Assembly: GCF_000025945.1 (NCBI RefSeq)
Contig: NC_006138.1
Location: 2,520,001 to 2,552,000 of the forward strand
Direction of reading: 5' to 3'
DNA: 32,000 bases
DNA from: Desulfotalea psychrophila LSv54
Lineage (GTDB): Bacteria > Desulfobacterota > Desulfobulbia > Desulfobulbales > Desulfocapsaceae
The translations under genes were made by a program, and so were the position numbers. The notes under the pieces are model-generated. The model had not been told where the DNA came from and ran no database searches. It saw only the letters and a list, made by a program, of their open reading frames with translations. Positions within the stretch are counted from its first letter, which is position 1, and each line of letters opens with the position of its first letter. Below are positions 1 to 9,225 of this stretch, piece by piece.

Positions 1-1
1 A

Positions 2-181
2 AAGACAATGGGCATAGGAAAAATTATCCAACCAAGCGGCAATATAGAAGAAGATTTTGAGAAAATTGCTGCCTTTTATCATGATATAAAGGGTAAGTAC
101 CCAGAAAAGCAGAGCACCATTGCCATTCGTGCAAACGAGCTCAAACACTTCAAACGAATGCAAGAAGGGCAAAAGAACTAG
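2..181 (+). CDS. C-terminal end of an unidentified protein (partial, truncated by window start)
   Basis: Open frame from base 2 reads KTMGIGKIIQPSGNIEEDFEKIAAFYHDIKGKYPEKQSTIAIRANELKHFKRMQEGQKN* and stops at 179-181, just where the convergent transporter gene ends. Confidence 0.4.
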   Translation, partial: KTMGIGKIIQPSGNIEEDFEKIAAFYHDIKGKYPEKQSTIAIRANELKHFKRMQEGQKN

Positions 182-1077
182 AGGGCCTCTATCTTGGCCT
201 TTTGCGGTATTAGTAAAAAGAGGACTGCAAAAAAGATCAGCACTAAACCTACTCCAGAGAGCAGACAGAGTTTCTCGTCTAAGACAAAGACGGCAAGCAG
301 ACCTGCCGTCATGGGCTCGGTAAGGGCTAGGGTTACGGCGGTGGAAACGGGAACTACCTCTAAACCCTTGACAAAGAGTAGGTAGGCGAGGGCCATGGAA
401 AACAAACCCAGGTGAAGGATCATGACAAAACCTGAGGGGGAGAAAAGCCAGGAAATATCGACATAGAAAAGAACTGGGGTAAGTAACACTGCACCCACAC
501 AAAAGAGCATTGCCGTCACCTCCTCTGCCTCCCTCTCCTGCAAAAGCGTCTTCATTATAAGGCTGGTGCCCGCGTAGGACAAACCAGCACAAAGGGCAAG
601 CAGCACGCCCAGAAAGCTCCCCCATGAATCCGCCCCACCATTTTCAGCAAAGAGGAGCAGGGCGCAGCCACAGAGGGCCACTGTCGTTGACAGGTACCAG
701 ATGAGTCGGGGTTTTTGCCGGAAAAAAATTATTTCAAGAACACCGGCAAAAATAGGGGCTGAACCAATACCTACAATGGTACCCACAGCAACACCCGCCA
801 AAGCCACCCCGGAAAAGAATGTTGCCTGATAGAGAGCCACTAGGGCACCACCCAAAAAAACCAGACCCCAAGGCCAGGAGAGGCTACGCAGGCCACCACG
901 GCAATAACTCATGAGGGCAAGCGCAATGCCGGCAACTATCAACCTCAAGGCACCGACAGCCAGGGGATTGCTTGTACTTGGCCCAAGGGCCTGGGCGGTA
1001 CCCGTTGTCCCCCAGAGCATACCGGCCAGGACAACATACAGGGCGCCAAAAGATATTTTTGTTGAACGTGTAGTCAC
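178..1077 (-). CDS. EamA/DMT-superfamily drug/metabolite transporter
   Basis: 299-aa ORF with about 10 hydrophobic segments and DMT/EamA-like motifs (GxLWGTTGTAQAL near the N-terminus, PVSTAVTLALTEPMTAGLLAVFVLDEKL in the C-terminal repeat). Confidence 0.85.
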   Translation of the reverse strand: MTTRSTKISFGALYVVLAGMLWGTTGTAQALGPSTSNPLAVGALRLIVAGIALALMSYCRGGLRSLSWPWGLVFLGGALVALYQATFFSGVALAGVAVGTIVGIGSAPIFAGVLEIIFFRQKPRLIWYLSTTVALCGCALLLFAENGGADSWGSFLGVLLALCAGLSYAGTSLIMKTLLQEREAEEVTAMLFCVGAVLLTPVLFYVDISWLFSPSGFVMILHLGLFSMALAYLLFVKGLEVVPVSTAVTLALTEPMTAGLLAVFVLDEKLCLLSGVGLVLIFFAVLFLLIPQKAKIEAL

Positions 1078-1119
1078 AGTCTCTCCATTATTTGTAATAA
1101 AAATGATAACAGTGGTGGA

Positions 1120-1788
1120 CTAATCTTCAACCTTTTCTTTTAATTTTCCTTTATCGACCACCTCTATCGCCCTACCATGAATGACGATAATCCCCTCGCT
1201 AGCAAATTGGCCAAAAATCCTCGACAGGGTTTCAGGAGCTGTCCCCAACAGGCTGGCCAACTGCCCCTTAGATATTTCCAAGCGGAGGGAAAGAGAATCC
1301 TGTTCCTCGGTTAACAAAAGTAAATATTTAGCAAGGCGGTGAGGTACCTCTTGAAGAGAGAGGGCCTCTACTTGTCGGGTGAATTTTCGTAATTTTGTGG
1401 CAAATATAGCAAGAAGGTTAAGCGCCAACTGAGAGTTCCTCTCTATAAGCGATACAAACTTTTCTCTTGGAAAGTAGAGCAGTTCCGTGTCAACAAGGCT
1501 CTCACCATTGGCTGGAAAAGGTTTACCCTGAAAGACAGCTGCCTCCCCAAAGGTCTCTAGATCTTTTAATATATGAAGAATTTGTTCCTTGCCACCCGCC
1601 GATATTTTATAGACTTTCACCCTGCCCGAAACGATAAGATAGAAGCCGTTGCCAGGATCCTGTTCAAAGAACAGGGACGTCCCCCGCTTCACTGAAATTT
1701 CCTTGGTAATTGTGGCAAGTTGAGCCAGTTGTTCGCCGGGGAGACCGGCAAAAAGTTCACAGTTGGCAAGTATACTTTCAATATTCAT
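1120..1788 (-). CDS. Crp/Fnr family transcriptional regulator
   Basis: 222 aa; cyclic-nucleotide-binding-like domain (GNGFYLIVSGRVKVYKISAGGKEQILHIL...FGEAAVF) plus C-terminal HTH (ISKGQLASLLGTAPETLSRIFGQFASEGII). Confidence 0.88.
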   Translation of the reverse strand: MNIESILANCELFAGLPGEQLAQLATITKEISVKRGTSLFFEQDPGNGFYLIVSGRVKVYKISAGGKEQILHILKDLETFGEAAVFQGKPFPANGESLVDTELLYFPREKFVSLIERNSQLALNLLAIFATKLRKFTRQVEALSLQEVPHRLAKYLLLLTEEQDSLSLRLEISKGQLASLLGTAPETLSRIFGQFASEGIIVIHGRAIEVVDKGKLKEKVED

Positions 1789-1930
1789 ATTTTCTTAAAA
1801 CCTCTTTTTTTACAATATGATAGCAAATCATCAATAAAGAAACAGCATAAATGATTCTTGAATTTTTTTAATAAGTATTTAAATTAGGTTCCCATTTAGG
1901 AGAGAGAATTACCTCAAACTTCAGGGCAAG

Positions 1931-3061
1931 ATGTATATGCGCAAAATAATCCATATTGATATGGACGCCTTTTTTGCCTCAATAGAACAACGAGACAGGC
2001 CAGAATTGCGTAAAAAGCCCCTTATCGTTGGTGGCCTTCCCCGCGGACGAGGGGTGGTTGCGACATGTTGTTATGAGGCACGACGTTACGGCATCCACTC
2101 GGCCATGTCAGCAAATAGGGCATACAAACTTTGCCCCCACGCCGTTTTTGTTAAACCACGAATGGTGCTTTACAAGGAGGTGTCCCTGCAAATAATGGCT
2201 ATATTCAGGGAGTATACCAAGAAGGTAGAGCCCCTTTCCCTTGATGAGGCCTTTTTAGATGTGACCGAATATCTCCAGATAAATGGTTCTGCCACCCTGC
2301 TTGCCCGGGAGATATGTGCCCTCATTAAGCTACGCACTGACCTTAGCGCATCCGCTGGAGTTTCTTATAACAAGTTCCTGGCAAAAATTGCCTCTGATTT
2401 AAAAAAACCAGGGGGAATAAGCACAGTCCCCCCCGAAGAGGCCCGCCAATTTATAGACAGACTCTCCATTGGTAAGTTTTATGGGGTGGGTAAAATCACA
2501 AAAAGCAAAATGCAAAGCCTCGGCATCCAAACAGGAAAAGATCTCCGCCAGTACAGTAAAGATTTCCTGATGAAGCGCTTTGGCAAGGCCGGATCATTTT
2601 TCTTCTACAACGCCAGGGGTTTAGACGAGCGCCCCGTATGCCCTTATCAAAACAGAAAATCAATAGGTAAGGAGACAACCCTTGTTCAAGATACAAACAG
2701 ACCGGAAGAGATAAGAGATATCCTCATTAATTTAAGTTCTCTTCTAGGCAAGGCATTAGAGAATAATAGTCAACTGGCCCAAACCCTCACCCTGAAAATA
2801 CGCTATAGCGACTTTACAACAACGACAAGATCTCTGAGCCTGCAAAAGCCATTTTCCTGCCCGGCAGATATAGAAGAGTGTTTGCCATCTCTTCTTACGA
2901 ATTGCAACCTCACCCATAAACCAATCCGTCTTCTCGGAATTAGCCTGAGTAAACTCACATATATTGGGTCTGCCCCACGGCCAATCCCCCTACCTTTCCC
3001 CAAAGACAGAAGATCTAACTGTCTCAATAGGTTCTTCGCTATAAAAGAAGAGAGCCCTTAA
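1931..3061 (+). CDS. dinB: DNA polymerase IV (Y-family)
   Basis: Y-family motifs: KIIHIDMDAFFASIEQRDRPELRKKPLIVGG, CYEARRYGIHSAMS, EPLSLDEAFLDVTE, SYNKFLAKIASDLKKPGG. Confidence 0.95.
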   Translation: MYMRKIIHIDMDAFFASIEQRDRPELRKKPLIVGGLPRGRGVVATCCYEARRYGIHSAMSANRAYKLCPHAVFVKPRMVLYKEVSLQIMAIFREYTKKVEPLSLDEAFLDVTEYLQINGSATLLAREICALIKLRTDLSASAGVSYNKFLAKIASDLKKPGGISTVPPEEARQFIDRLSIGKFYGVGKITKSKMQSLGIQTGKDLRQYSKDFLMKRFGKAGSFFFYNARGLDERPVCPYQNRKSIGKETTLVQDTNRPEEIRDILINLSSLLGKALENNSQLAQTLTLKIRYSDFTTTTRSLSLQKPFSCPADIEECLPSLLTNCNLTHKPIRLLGISLSKLTYIGSAPRPIPLPFPKDRRSNCLNRFFAIKEESP

Positions 3062-3171
3062 GCAAAGCACAATTTTTATCCATCGCCCATGGCGAATTAG
3101 GGCAATTTAAGCTAAAATAGCTTAACAACAGATATCTTATCCATTTCCCTCAGAAAAAAGAGAGTATAATC

Positions 3172-4992
3172 ATGTTACCTGCGTTCATTATGAAAATTTT
3201 TAAATTTTTCATTAAAACCCTCAATATACTCCGACTGCTTATCCTCAATTTTTTTTTCTGGGGAATCATTATCTTCTCCCTGGTCCTTTTCATCAACAAA
3301 GAAGAGGCAACCCTTGAGTCAAACAGCATTCTTTTGCTCAACCTTAATGGAAATATTGTTGAAGAAAAGACAGCTCTTTCTCCTCTCACAGGCTTAGCTG
3401 GCGATTACCTTAACAGGGCGCCAAAACAGGAAATGCGCCTGCGAGACATCATCAGGGTGATAGAGCAGGCCGCAAAAGACCCCAAAATAGTGTCTATCCA
3501 GCTTGATACAACCAAGATGGGAAATGCAGGTTTTAATAGCCTTAAAGATATTAGCAAGGCCCTTGATCTTTTCAAAAAGAGTAAGAAAAAGATTATCGCC
3601 ATCCAGGATAATTACTCTCAAAAAGGATACTATCTTGCCGCCCATGCCGATACCATTATCATGAACCCCGTGGGTTTTGTCGGCGTGCATGGACTCAGCT
3701 CCTACCGTCTCTATTTTAAGAGAGCCATAGATAAACTGTTCATCAACTATAATGTTTTTCTGGTAGGAGACTACAAGTCAGCTCTGGAACCCTTTACCCG
3801 TAATTCTATGTCAGGACGAGATAAAGAACAGACAAGAGACTGGCTCACCGACCTCTGGGGAATTTATAGAAATGATATTATCGCCCAACGTGACCTGTCA
3901 GATGCAAACATGCTCTATAACTACACCCACAACCTCCCTGAATTACTGGCAGAGGTTGGTGGAGATAGTGCCAAACTGGCAGTTCAGGCGGGACTTGTCG
4001 ATAAACTCCTGCAGCGTCATCAGGTTTCTCCATACCTAAAAGAGCTTTCATATAACCCCGAGAACACTGTCGATTTCAACCAATATCTGGCAACAATCCC
4101 ACCCCGGGAGTACAGCTCAGAAAAGCCAACCATTGCCGTTGCCATTGCCGAAGGGAAAATTTTACCAGGTCTGCAACCTGCGGGTGTGATTGGTAGTGAA
4201 AGCCTGATTCGAATAATAAAAGAGGCAAGGGATGACGAAAACATCAAGGCCCTTGTTCTCAGAATTAACTCTGGAGGAGGCTCTGCCTTTGCCTCTGAAC
4301 TTATTCGGCAAGAGCTACTGGCCTTCAAGGCAAAGGGAAAGACACTCATCGTATCCATGGGGCGACTTGCCGCCTCGGGTGGTTACTGGATAAGTGCAGA
4401 TGCAGATCAAATATGGGCCTCTCCAGCAACCATTACTGGATCTATTGGTATTTTTGCCGCTATCCCAACCTTTGAAAAGAGTCTTGCTCATCTGGGCATA
4501 TACTGCGACGGAGTAGGTACCAGCCCCCTGGCAGGTGCTACTAACATAAGCAAACCTCTGACAGAGCCCATTAAGGCTGCCCTGCAAATCTCCATAAAAC
4601 ACGGTTATAGACAGTTTATCAATATTGTTAGCATAGGACGTGGCATCGAGCCTGAAAAGGTGGAAGCGATGGCTCAAGGCCACGTCTATTCAGGGAAAAA
4701 GGCCCTGCAGCTTGGCCTGGTAGATAAATTAGGAAATCTTTCCCAGGCAATCGAAGCCGCAGCAATAGAGGCAGGGATCAAGGACTATAACCTCATATAC
4801 CTAGAGAAAGAGCTCTCACTACAGGAGCGAGTTCTGCAACTATTTTCAGCAGGTCTTAAATCAATCAATACAATGACTCAAATAAGCCCGGAGATGGCCT
4901 TTTTCGCAGAGGAAGTCAACAAAACTCAAGAATTCCTAAAAAGTCCTGATCCTCAAGGAATATATGCTTACAGCGGAGATTACCCATATTAA
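3172..4992 (+). CDS. sppA: Signal peptide peptidase SppA, long (67K) type
   Basis: 606 aa, N-terminal TM segment, duplicated peptidase S49 fold; ALVLRINSGGGSAFASELI, MGRLAASGGYWISADADQIWASPATITGSIGIF. Confidence 0.9.
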   Translation: MLPAFIMKIFKFFIKTLNILRLLILNFFFWGIIIFSLVLFINKEEATLESNSILLLNLNGNIVEEKTALSPLTGLAGDYLNRAPKQEMRLRDIIRVIEQAAKDPKIVSIQLDTTKMGNAGFNSLKDISKALDLFKKSKKKIIAIQDNYSQKGYYLAAHADTIIMNPVGFVGVHGLSSYRLYFKRAIDKLFINYNVFLVGDYKSALEPFTRNSMSGRDKEQTRDWLTDLWGIYRNDIIAQRDLSDANMLYNYTHNLPELLAEVGGDSAKLAVQAGLVDKLLQRHQVSPYLKELSYNPENTVDFNQYLATIPPREYSSEKPTIAVAIAEGKILPGLQPAGVIGSESLIRIIKEARDDENIKALVLRINSGGGSAFASELIRQELLAFKAKGKTLIVSMGRLAASGGYWISADADQIWASPATITGSIGIFAAIPTFEKSLAHLGIYCDGVGTSPLAGATNISKPLTEPIKAALQISIKHGYRQFINIVSIGRGIEPEKVEAMAQGHVYSGKKALQLGLVDKLGNLSQAIEAAAIEAGIKDYNLIYLEKELSLQERVLQLFSAGLKSINTMTQISPEMAFFAEEVNKTQEFLKSPDPQGIYAYSGDYPY

Positions 4993-5325
4993 AGGATATG
5001 CTGTTTCCTGCCCGGTGCTCTCAGGCAGAAGACGATGCTCCATTTAGATCTGCAGGAGAAGAGATAATAAAGATCTGTCTGTTTCCAGTTATTAACTAAA
5101 TAATACTGTTCTTTTTATGCTATTATTTTTTTAACAGAACAGATAGCATAGATTTCCTATCATCTTTATAAGGAAAATTTTTTCCTGCTTTGCATACATA
5201 AAATATGTTGCTTTATAAAAATCCTTATGATAAACGATTATTATCTCTTTTAAATTTACAAAGTTAGATCTTGTCCCACAACCATACTGTTTATTATAGT
5301 TTCACTCTTGATAATTTGATTTACC

Positions 5326-5347
5326 TGCCTAAATATAGGCATTTTTT
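5326..5347 (+). promoter_or_regulatory. Small terminator-like hairpin in the upstream region/leader of the cold-shock gene
   Basis: TGCCTA-aata-TAGGCA followed by TTTTTT; a second small hairpin CCCC-CTAA-GGGG lies at 5357-5368, before the RBS AAGGAG (5379-5384). Confidence 0.4.
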
Positions 5348-5392
5348 CTAAAAAGGCCCCCTAAGGGGACTGTCTCAAAAGGAGTTGTAACA

Positions 5393-5593
5393 ATGGCTGA
5401 AGGTACAGTTAAGTGGTTTAATGACGCAAAGGGTTTTGGTTTTATCGAGCAAGAAGGTGGACAGGATGTCTTCGTACATTATTCTGCTATTGGTGGTGAG
5501 GGATTCAAATCACTTACAGAGGGCTCACGAGTAAATTTTGAAATTATTGATGGCCCTAAAGGCCCTGCTGCTGATAACGTTTTAAAAGCTTAG
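5393..5593 (+). CDS. Cold-shock protein, CspA family
   Basis: 66 aa, [59 protein letters not shown]; RNP1/RNP2 motifs and RBS. Confidence 0.95.
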   Translation: MAEGTVKWFNDAKGFGFIEQEGGQDVFVHYSAIGGEGFKSLTEGSRVNFEIIDGPKGPAADNVLKA

Positions 5594-5610
5594 GCTTTTT
5601 TTATCAGTTC

Positions 5611-5646
5611 AAGGCTCTATGCTTTCTGCATAGGGCCTTTTTTTAT
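5611..5646 (+). terminator. Rho-independent terminator of the cold-shock gene
   Basis: AAGGCTCTATGC/GCATAGGGCCTT hairpin (one G-U type mismatch) followed by a T run, 18 bp after the stop codon. Confidence 0.85.
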
Positions 5647-5795
5647 ATTCGAGAGTTTTCTCCTTTTTTTTTATCCCGTACTTCTCTATAATCCCCTTTC
5701 AACAAACAAATCTACAACGTCTCAGGGGAGCAAACTTATAATGTTAATGCTTTCCTGCTGTTGACCAAACAAACTATCAGTCCTGAGGTTCTATA

Positions 5796-6746
5796 ATGGC
5801 ATTTACCGATGAATCCCTCTTAATTTTCGATGGAGCCTGTGGCACTACCCTACAGAGCATGAATATCGCACCCTCTGCCTGGGGAGATCTTGCCGGATGC
5901 AATGAATTCCTCAATATAAGTGCGCCGGAATATATTATTGAATTACACAAAAAATTTCTGGAGGCAGGGGCAATGGTTGTTGAGACCAATACCTTCGGTG
6001 CCTCCTCAATTGTATTGACAGAATATGGATTAGAAAACAAGGTCGACGAAATTAACAGAGAGGCGGTAAAAAATGCAAAAAAGGCCATCTCGCAACTTAA
6101 AGACTCCAGCCAACCACGCTATATTGCGGGTTCCATTGGCCCTACCACAAAGCTTCCCTCTCTGGGACACATAGAGACTAAGGTACTTGCCCAATCAATT
6201 CGAGAACAGGTAATAAGCCTGCTGGAGGCGGGTGTAGATGCTCTCATCGTAGAAACCTGCCAAGACCTGCTTCAACTGAAGACAGCCCTCATAAGCTGCT
6301 TTGAGATTTTGGATGTCGCCCCTAAGAAGCTCCCTGTACTTGCCTCGGTTACCTTTGAAAAACAGGGCACCATGTTGCTCGGCACCGATATCGCAGCTGT
6401 CTGCGCAACCCTTGCCCCCTTTCCTCTATTTTCCCTCGGCCTCAACTGCGCGACAGGGCCAACGGACATGGTGTCTCAGATTCAATATCTCAGTCAAACA
6501 TGGGACAAAAGAATATCCTGTATTCCAAATCAGGGTATGCCGGAGCTTAAAGATGGCAAAACCCATTATCCTCTAAGTCCAGAGGAGTATAGCCAGCATA
6601 TGCTTAAGTTTGTCGCAGAGTATGGTGTTTCTATTGTTGGCGGATGCTGTGGCACGGGACCAGAACACATAAGACAACTTGCGACATGTCTACGAGGACA
6701 AAAACCACAGAGACAATTGCAGACTAATACGGAGTCAATAATATGA
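5796..6746 (+). CDS. Homocysteine S-methyltransferase domain protein (N-terminal module of cobalamin-dependent methionine synthase)
   Basis: LLIFDGACGTTLQSMN start, ETNTFGA, GSIGPTTKLPSLG, and the zinc-ligand motif VGGCCGTGPEHI; overlaps the downstream pterin/B12 ORF by ATGA at 6743-6746. Confidence 0.9.
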   Translation: MAFTDESLLIFDGACGTTLQSMNIAPSAWGDLAGCNEFLNISAPEYIIELHKKFLEAGAMVVETNTFGASSIVLTEYGLENKVDEINREAVKNAKKAISQLKDSSQPRYIAGSIGPTTKLPSLGHIETKVLAQSIREQVISLLEAGVDALIVETCQDLLQLKTALISCFEILDVAPKKLPVLASVTFEKQGTMLLGTDIAAVCATLAPFPLFSLGLNCATGPTDMVSQIQYLSQTWDKRISCIPNQGMPELKDGKTHYPLSPEEYSQHMLKFVAEYGVSIVGGCCGTGPEHIRQLATCLRGQKPQRQLQTNTESII

Positions 6747-9166
6747 AAGTAACAGAACAAAACAGAGTCCCTGCCCAGGTCTCCAGTCTTTTCCAAGCGG
6801 TAGATATTCACCAGCAGATCCCCCCTCTTATTGTGGGAGAAAGAGCGAATCCTACGGGGTCAAAAAAATTCAGAGAACTTCTCCTCGCAGAGGACTTTGA
6901 GGGCTGTCTACAGGTGGCAAAGGATCAGGAAGAGCTGGGGGCCCATGTGCTTGACGTCTGCGCTGCCTGGGCAGGAAGAGACGAAGTCACTGATATTACT
7001 CGTTTAATTAAAGACTATAGCGGGACACTAAAAACACCGCTCATGATTGACTCGACTAACCCACGAGCAATCAAAGCAGCCCTTGAGGTGTATCCCGGCA
7101 GACCCATCATCAACTCCATAAACCTTGAGGATGGCGGCAAGACCCTGCATGAGGTTCTGACTCTAACGAAAAAATACGGTGCTACCGTTATTGCCCTGAC
7201 CATTGATGAGAGCGGCATGGCCTTGAGCTGCGATGAAAAGATTTCCATTGCCAAGAGAATCCATCACATTGCCACCACGGAATATGGCCTTGACAGCTCT
7301 GACCTTTTCTTTGACCCCCTCACATTTACCGTTGGCTCAGGAGATAAGACCCTCAAAGATGCCGCCGTCCAAACCATGGACGCCATTAAGCGAATCAAGG
7401 TTGAACTGCCAAATTGCCATACCATCCTCGGGCTCTCCAACATCTCCTTTGGGCTTCCACCTGCTGCCAGAAAGGTTCTCAATGCCGTTTTTTTACATGA
7501 GGCGGTGGCAATAGGACTTGATGCAGTAATTATTAACCCGACCAACTGCATCCCCCTGGACTCCATTGACAAGAGGGCAAGAGAACTCGCCCTCGACCTC
7601 CTCTACAATAGAGAGGTCGAAGGGGAGTCTGAGCCTCTCATGCGCTATATTGAATATTTTGCAGAAAATGCAGCGGTGGGAGATCAGGAGGGTAGTCCGG
7701 AGGAGCTGCTCTCGCCGGAGGAGGGCATCCGCAAGGCTATCCTTAAGGGTAGTCGTGAGGGCCTTGAAGACACCATGCAGATACTCCTTGACCAGTATAC
7801 CCCACTGGATATCATAAACCAGCTGTTGGTGCCAAGTATGCGTGAGGTGGGGGAACTCTTTGGCGCAGGTGAAATGCTCCTGCCCTTTGTCTTAAAATCC
7901 GCCGAAATTATGCGCGCCAGTGTTGATATTCTTGAGCCGTATATGGAAAAGGCTGCCAACAGTGAATCCACCAAGATTCTCCTGGCGACGGTGCAGGGTG
8001 ACGTACATGATATCGGCAAGAATCTCGTCAACATCATACTCAGCAACAATGGCTACCAGGTCATTGATATTGGCATTAAGGCATCAATAGAGTCGATCAT
8101 AGAGGCGGCCAAGAGACATGAGGTGGATATGATTTGCCTCAGCGGCCTGCTGGTAAAATCTGCCATTGTCATGCAGGAAAGTATGCCCATCTATAGAGAG
8201 GCGGGACTTACTCAGCCAATTTTACTTGGTGGCGCAGCGCTCACCAAAAAATTTGTAGCCGAGGCCTGCGCCCCAAATTACCCCTCCCCTGTGGTCTACT
8301 GTCAGGATGCCTTCAGTGGCCTTGCTGCCATCCAGCAACATGAGGCGGGAACGCTTGAGACCACAAAATGGCAGGCAAGGGAGACCCAAGAGGTCAAAGA
8401 AGCTAAGACCATCACCATACTGCCAGCCAGGGATATTCCGACACCGCCTCTTGGTAGAGCGGAACTCTCCGTTGCCACATCTGATTTTCTTGATCTGGTA
8501 AAGACCAATACCCTCTTCAGGGGACGTTGGGGCTACAGGCAAAATAAGATGAGCAACGATGAATACGCCCAGCTCATTAGCACGGAGGTAATGCCACAGT
8601 TCGAAAATATCCGCAGGCGAATTTTAGAAGAAGAGCTCTTCCAGGCAAAGATACGCTATGGCTGGTTTCGCTGCTATCGACAGGGAGACTCTCTGACAGT
8701 GCTCGATGGGGAGAGGGAGTATAACTTTCCTCTGCCAAGACAAAAACATGGTCCCCACCTCTGCCTGGCAGATTACTTCAGAGATAAGAATGGGGGAGGG
8801 GACGTGGTTGGCTTCTTTGTCTGCACCATTGGCAAGAAAGTTGCACAGGCATTGCAGCAGCTCTACAGTACAGAGAGTTACCACGATTACTTTTTACTCC
8901 ATGGCTTGAGCGTTAACGCCGCAGAGGCCCTGGCCGAACATGCCCATCTCTGGATGCGGCAGCAGATGGGGAGCCAGTTCGGCGGCAAGAGATATAGCTT
9001 CGGCTATTCCGCCTGCCCTGATCTGGATCTGCAACGGCCCCTCTTTGAACTTCTTCAGGCAGAAAAAATCGGCATCACCCTTTCCGAAGAGCTGCAGATG
9101 GTCCCCGAACAGTCTGTCTCAGCCATGGTCGTCCACCATGACCAGGCCTCTTATTTTGTCGTATAA
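6743..9166 (+). CDS. metH: Methionine synthase MetH, pterin-binding + cap + B12-binding + activation domains (lacking homocysteine domain)
   Basis: 807 aa; pterin-binding GERANPTGSKKF, B12 motif GDVHDIGKN with SGLLVKSA and LLGGAAL, C-terminal activation domain (RYGWFRCY, GKRYSFGYSACPDL). Confidence 0.93.
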   Translation: MKVTEQNRVPAQVSSLFQAVDIHQQIPPLIVGERANPTGSKKFRELLLAEDFEGCLQVAKDQEELGAHVLDVCAAWAGRDEVTDITRLIKDYSGTLKTPLMIDSTNPRAIKAALEVYPGRPIINSINLEDGGKTLHEVLTLTKKYGATVIALTIDESGMALSCDEKISIAKRIHHIATTEYGLDSSDLFFDPLTFTVGSGDKTLKDAAVQTMDAIKRIKVELPNCHTILGLSNISFGLPPAARKVLNAVFLHEAVAIGLDAVIINPTNCIPLDSIDKRARELALDLLYNREVEGESEPLMRYIEYFAENAAVGDQEGSPEELLSPEEGIRKAILKGSREGLEDTMQILLDQYTPLDIINQLLVPSMREVGELFGAGEMLLPFVLKSAEIMRASVDILEPYMEKAANSESTKILLATVQGDVHDIGKNLVNIILSNNGYQVIDIGIKASIESIIEAAKRHEVDMICLSGLLVKSAIVMQESMPIYREAGLTQPILLGGAALTKKFVAEACAPNYPSPVVYCQDAFSGLAAIQQHEAGTLETTKWQARETQEVKEAKTITILPARDIPTPPLGRAELSVATSDFLDLVKTNTLFRGRWGYRQNKMSNDEYAQLISTEVMPQFENIRRRILEEELFQAKIRYGWFRCYRQGDSLTVLDGEREYNFPLPRQKHGPHLCLADYFRDKNGGGDVVGFFVCTIGKKVAQALQQLYSTESYHDYFLLHGLSVNAAEALAEHAHLWMRQQMGSQFGGKRYSFGYSACPDLDLQRPLFELLQAEKIGITLSEELQMVPEQSVSAMVVHHDQASYFVV

Positions 9167-9203
9167 AAAAAAAGGAGGCGAAGAGCTTCTGCTCTTCGCC
9201 TCC
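9164..9203 (-). terminator. Intrinsic terminator at the convergent metH / malic enzyme junction, oriented for the minus-strand gene
   Basis: Perfect 13-bp stem GGAGGCGAAGAGC-ttct-GCTCTTCGCCTCC (9174-9203); a run of A on the plus strand (9165-9173) gives a T run on the minus strand. Confidence 0.85.
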
Positions 9204-9225
9204 CCATTACCCAATCAAGGTCAGC

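Noticed and set aside
5647-5795. Possible cobalamin or SAM riboswitch upstream of the methionine synthase genes
   Set aside because: The 149-nt gap after the csp terminator shows neither a B12-box-like element nor the SAM-I core. No support by eye.
5777-6088. 103-aa minus-strand ORF overlapping the homocysteine methyltransferase gene
   Set aside because: Antisense to a strong CDS, low-complexity Ser/Ala-rich translation, no family resemblance.
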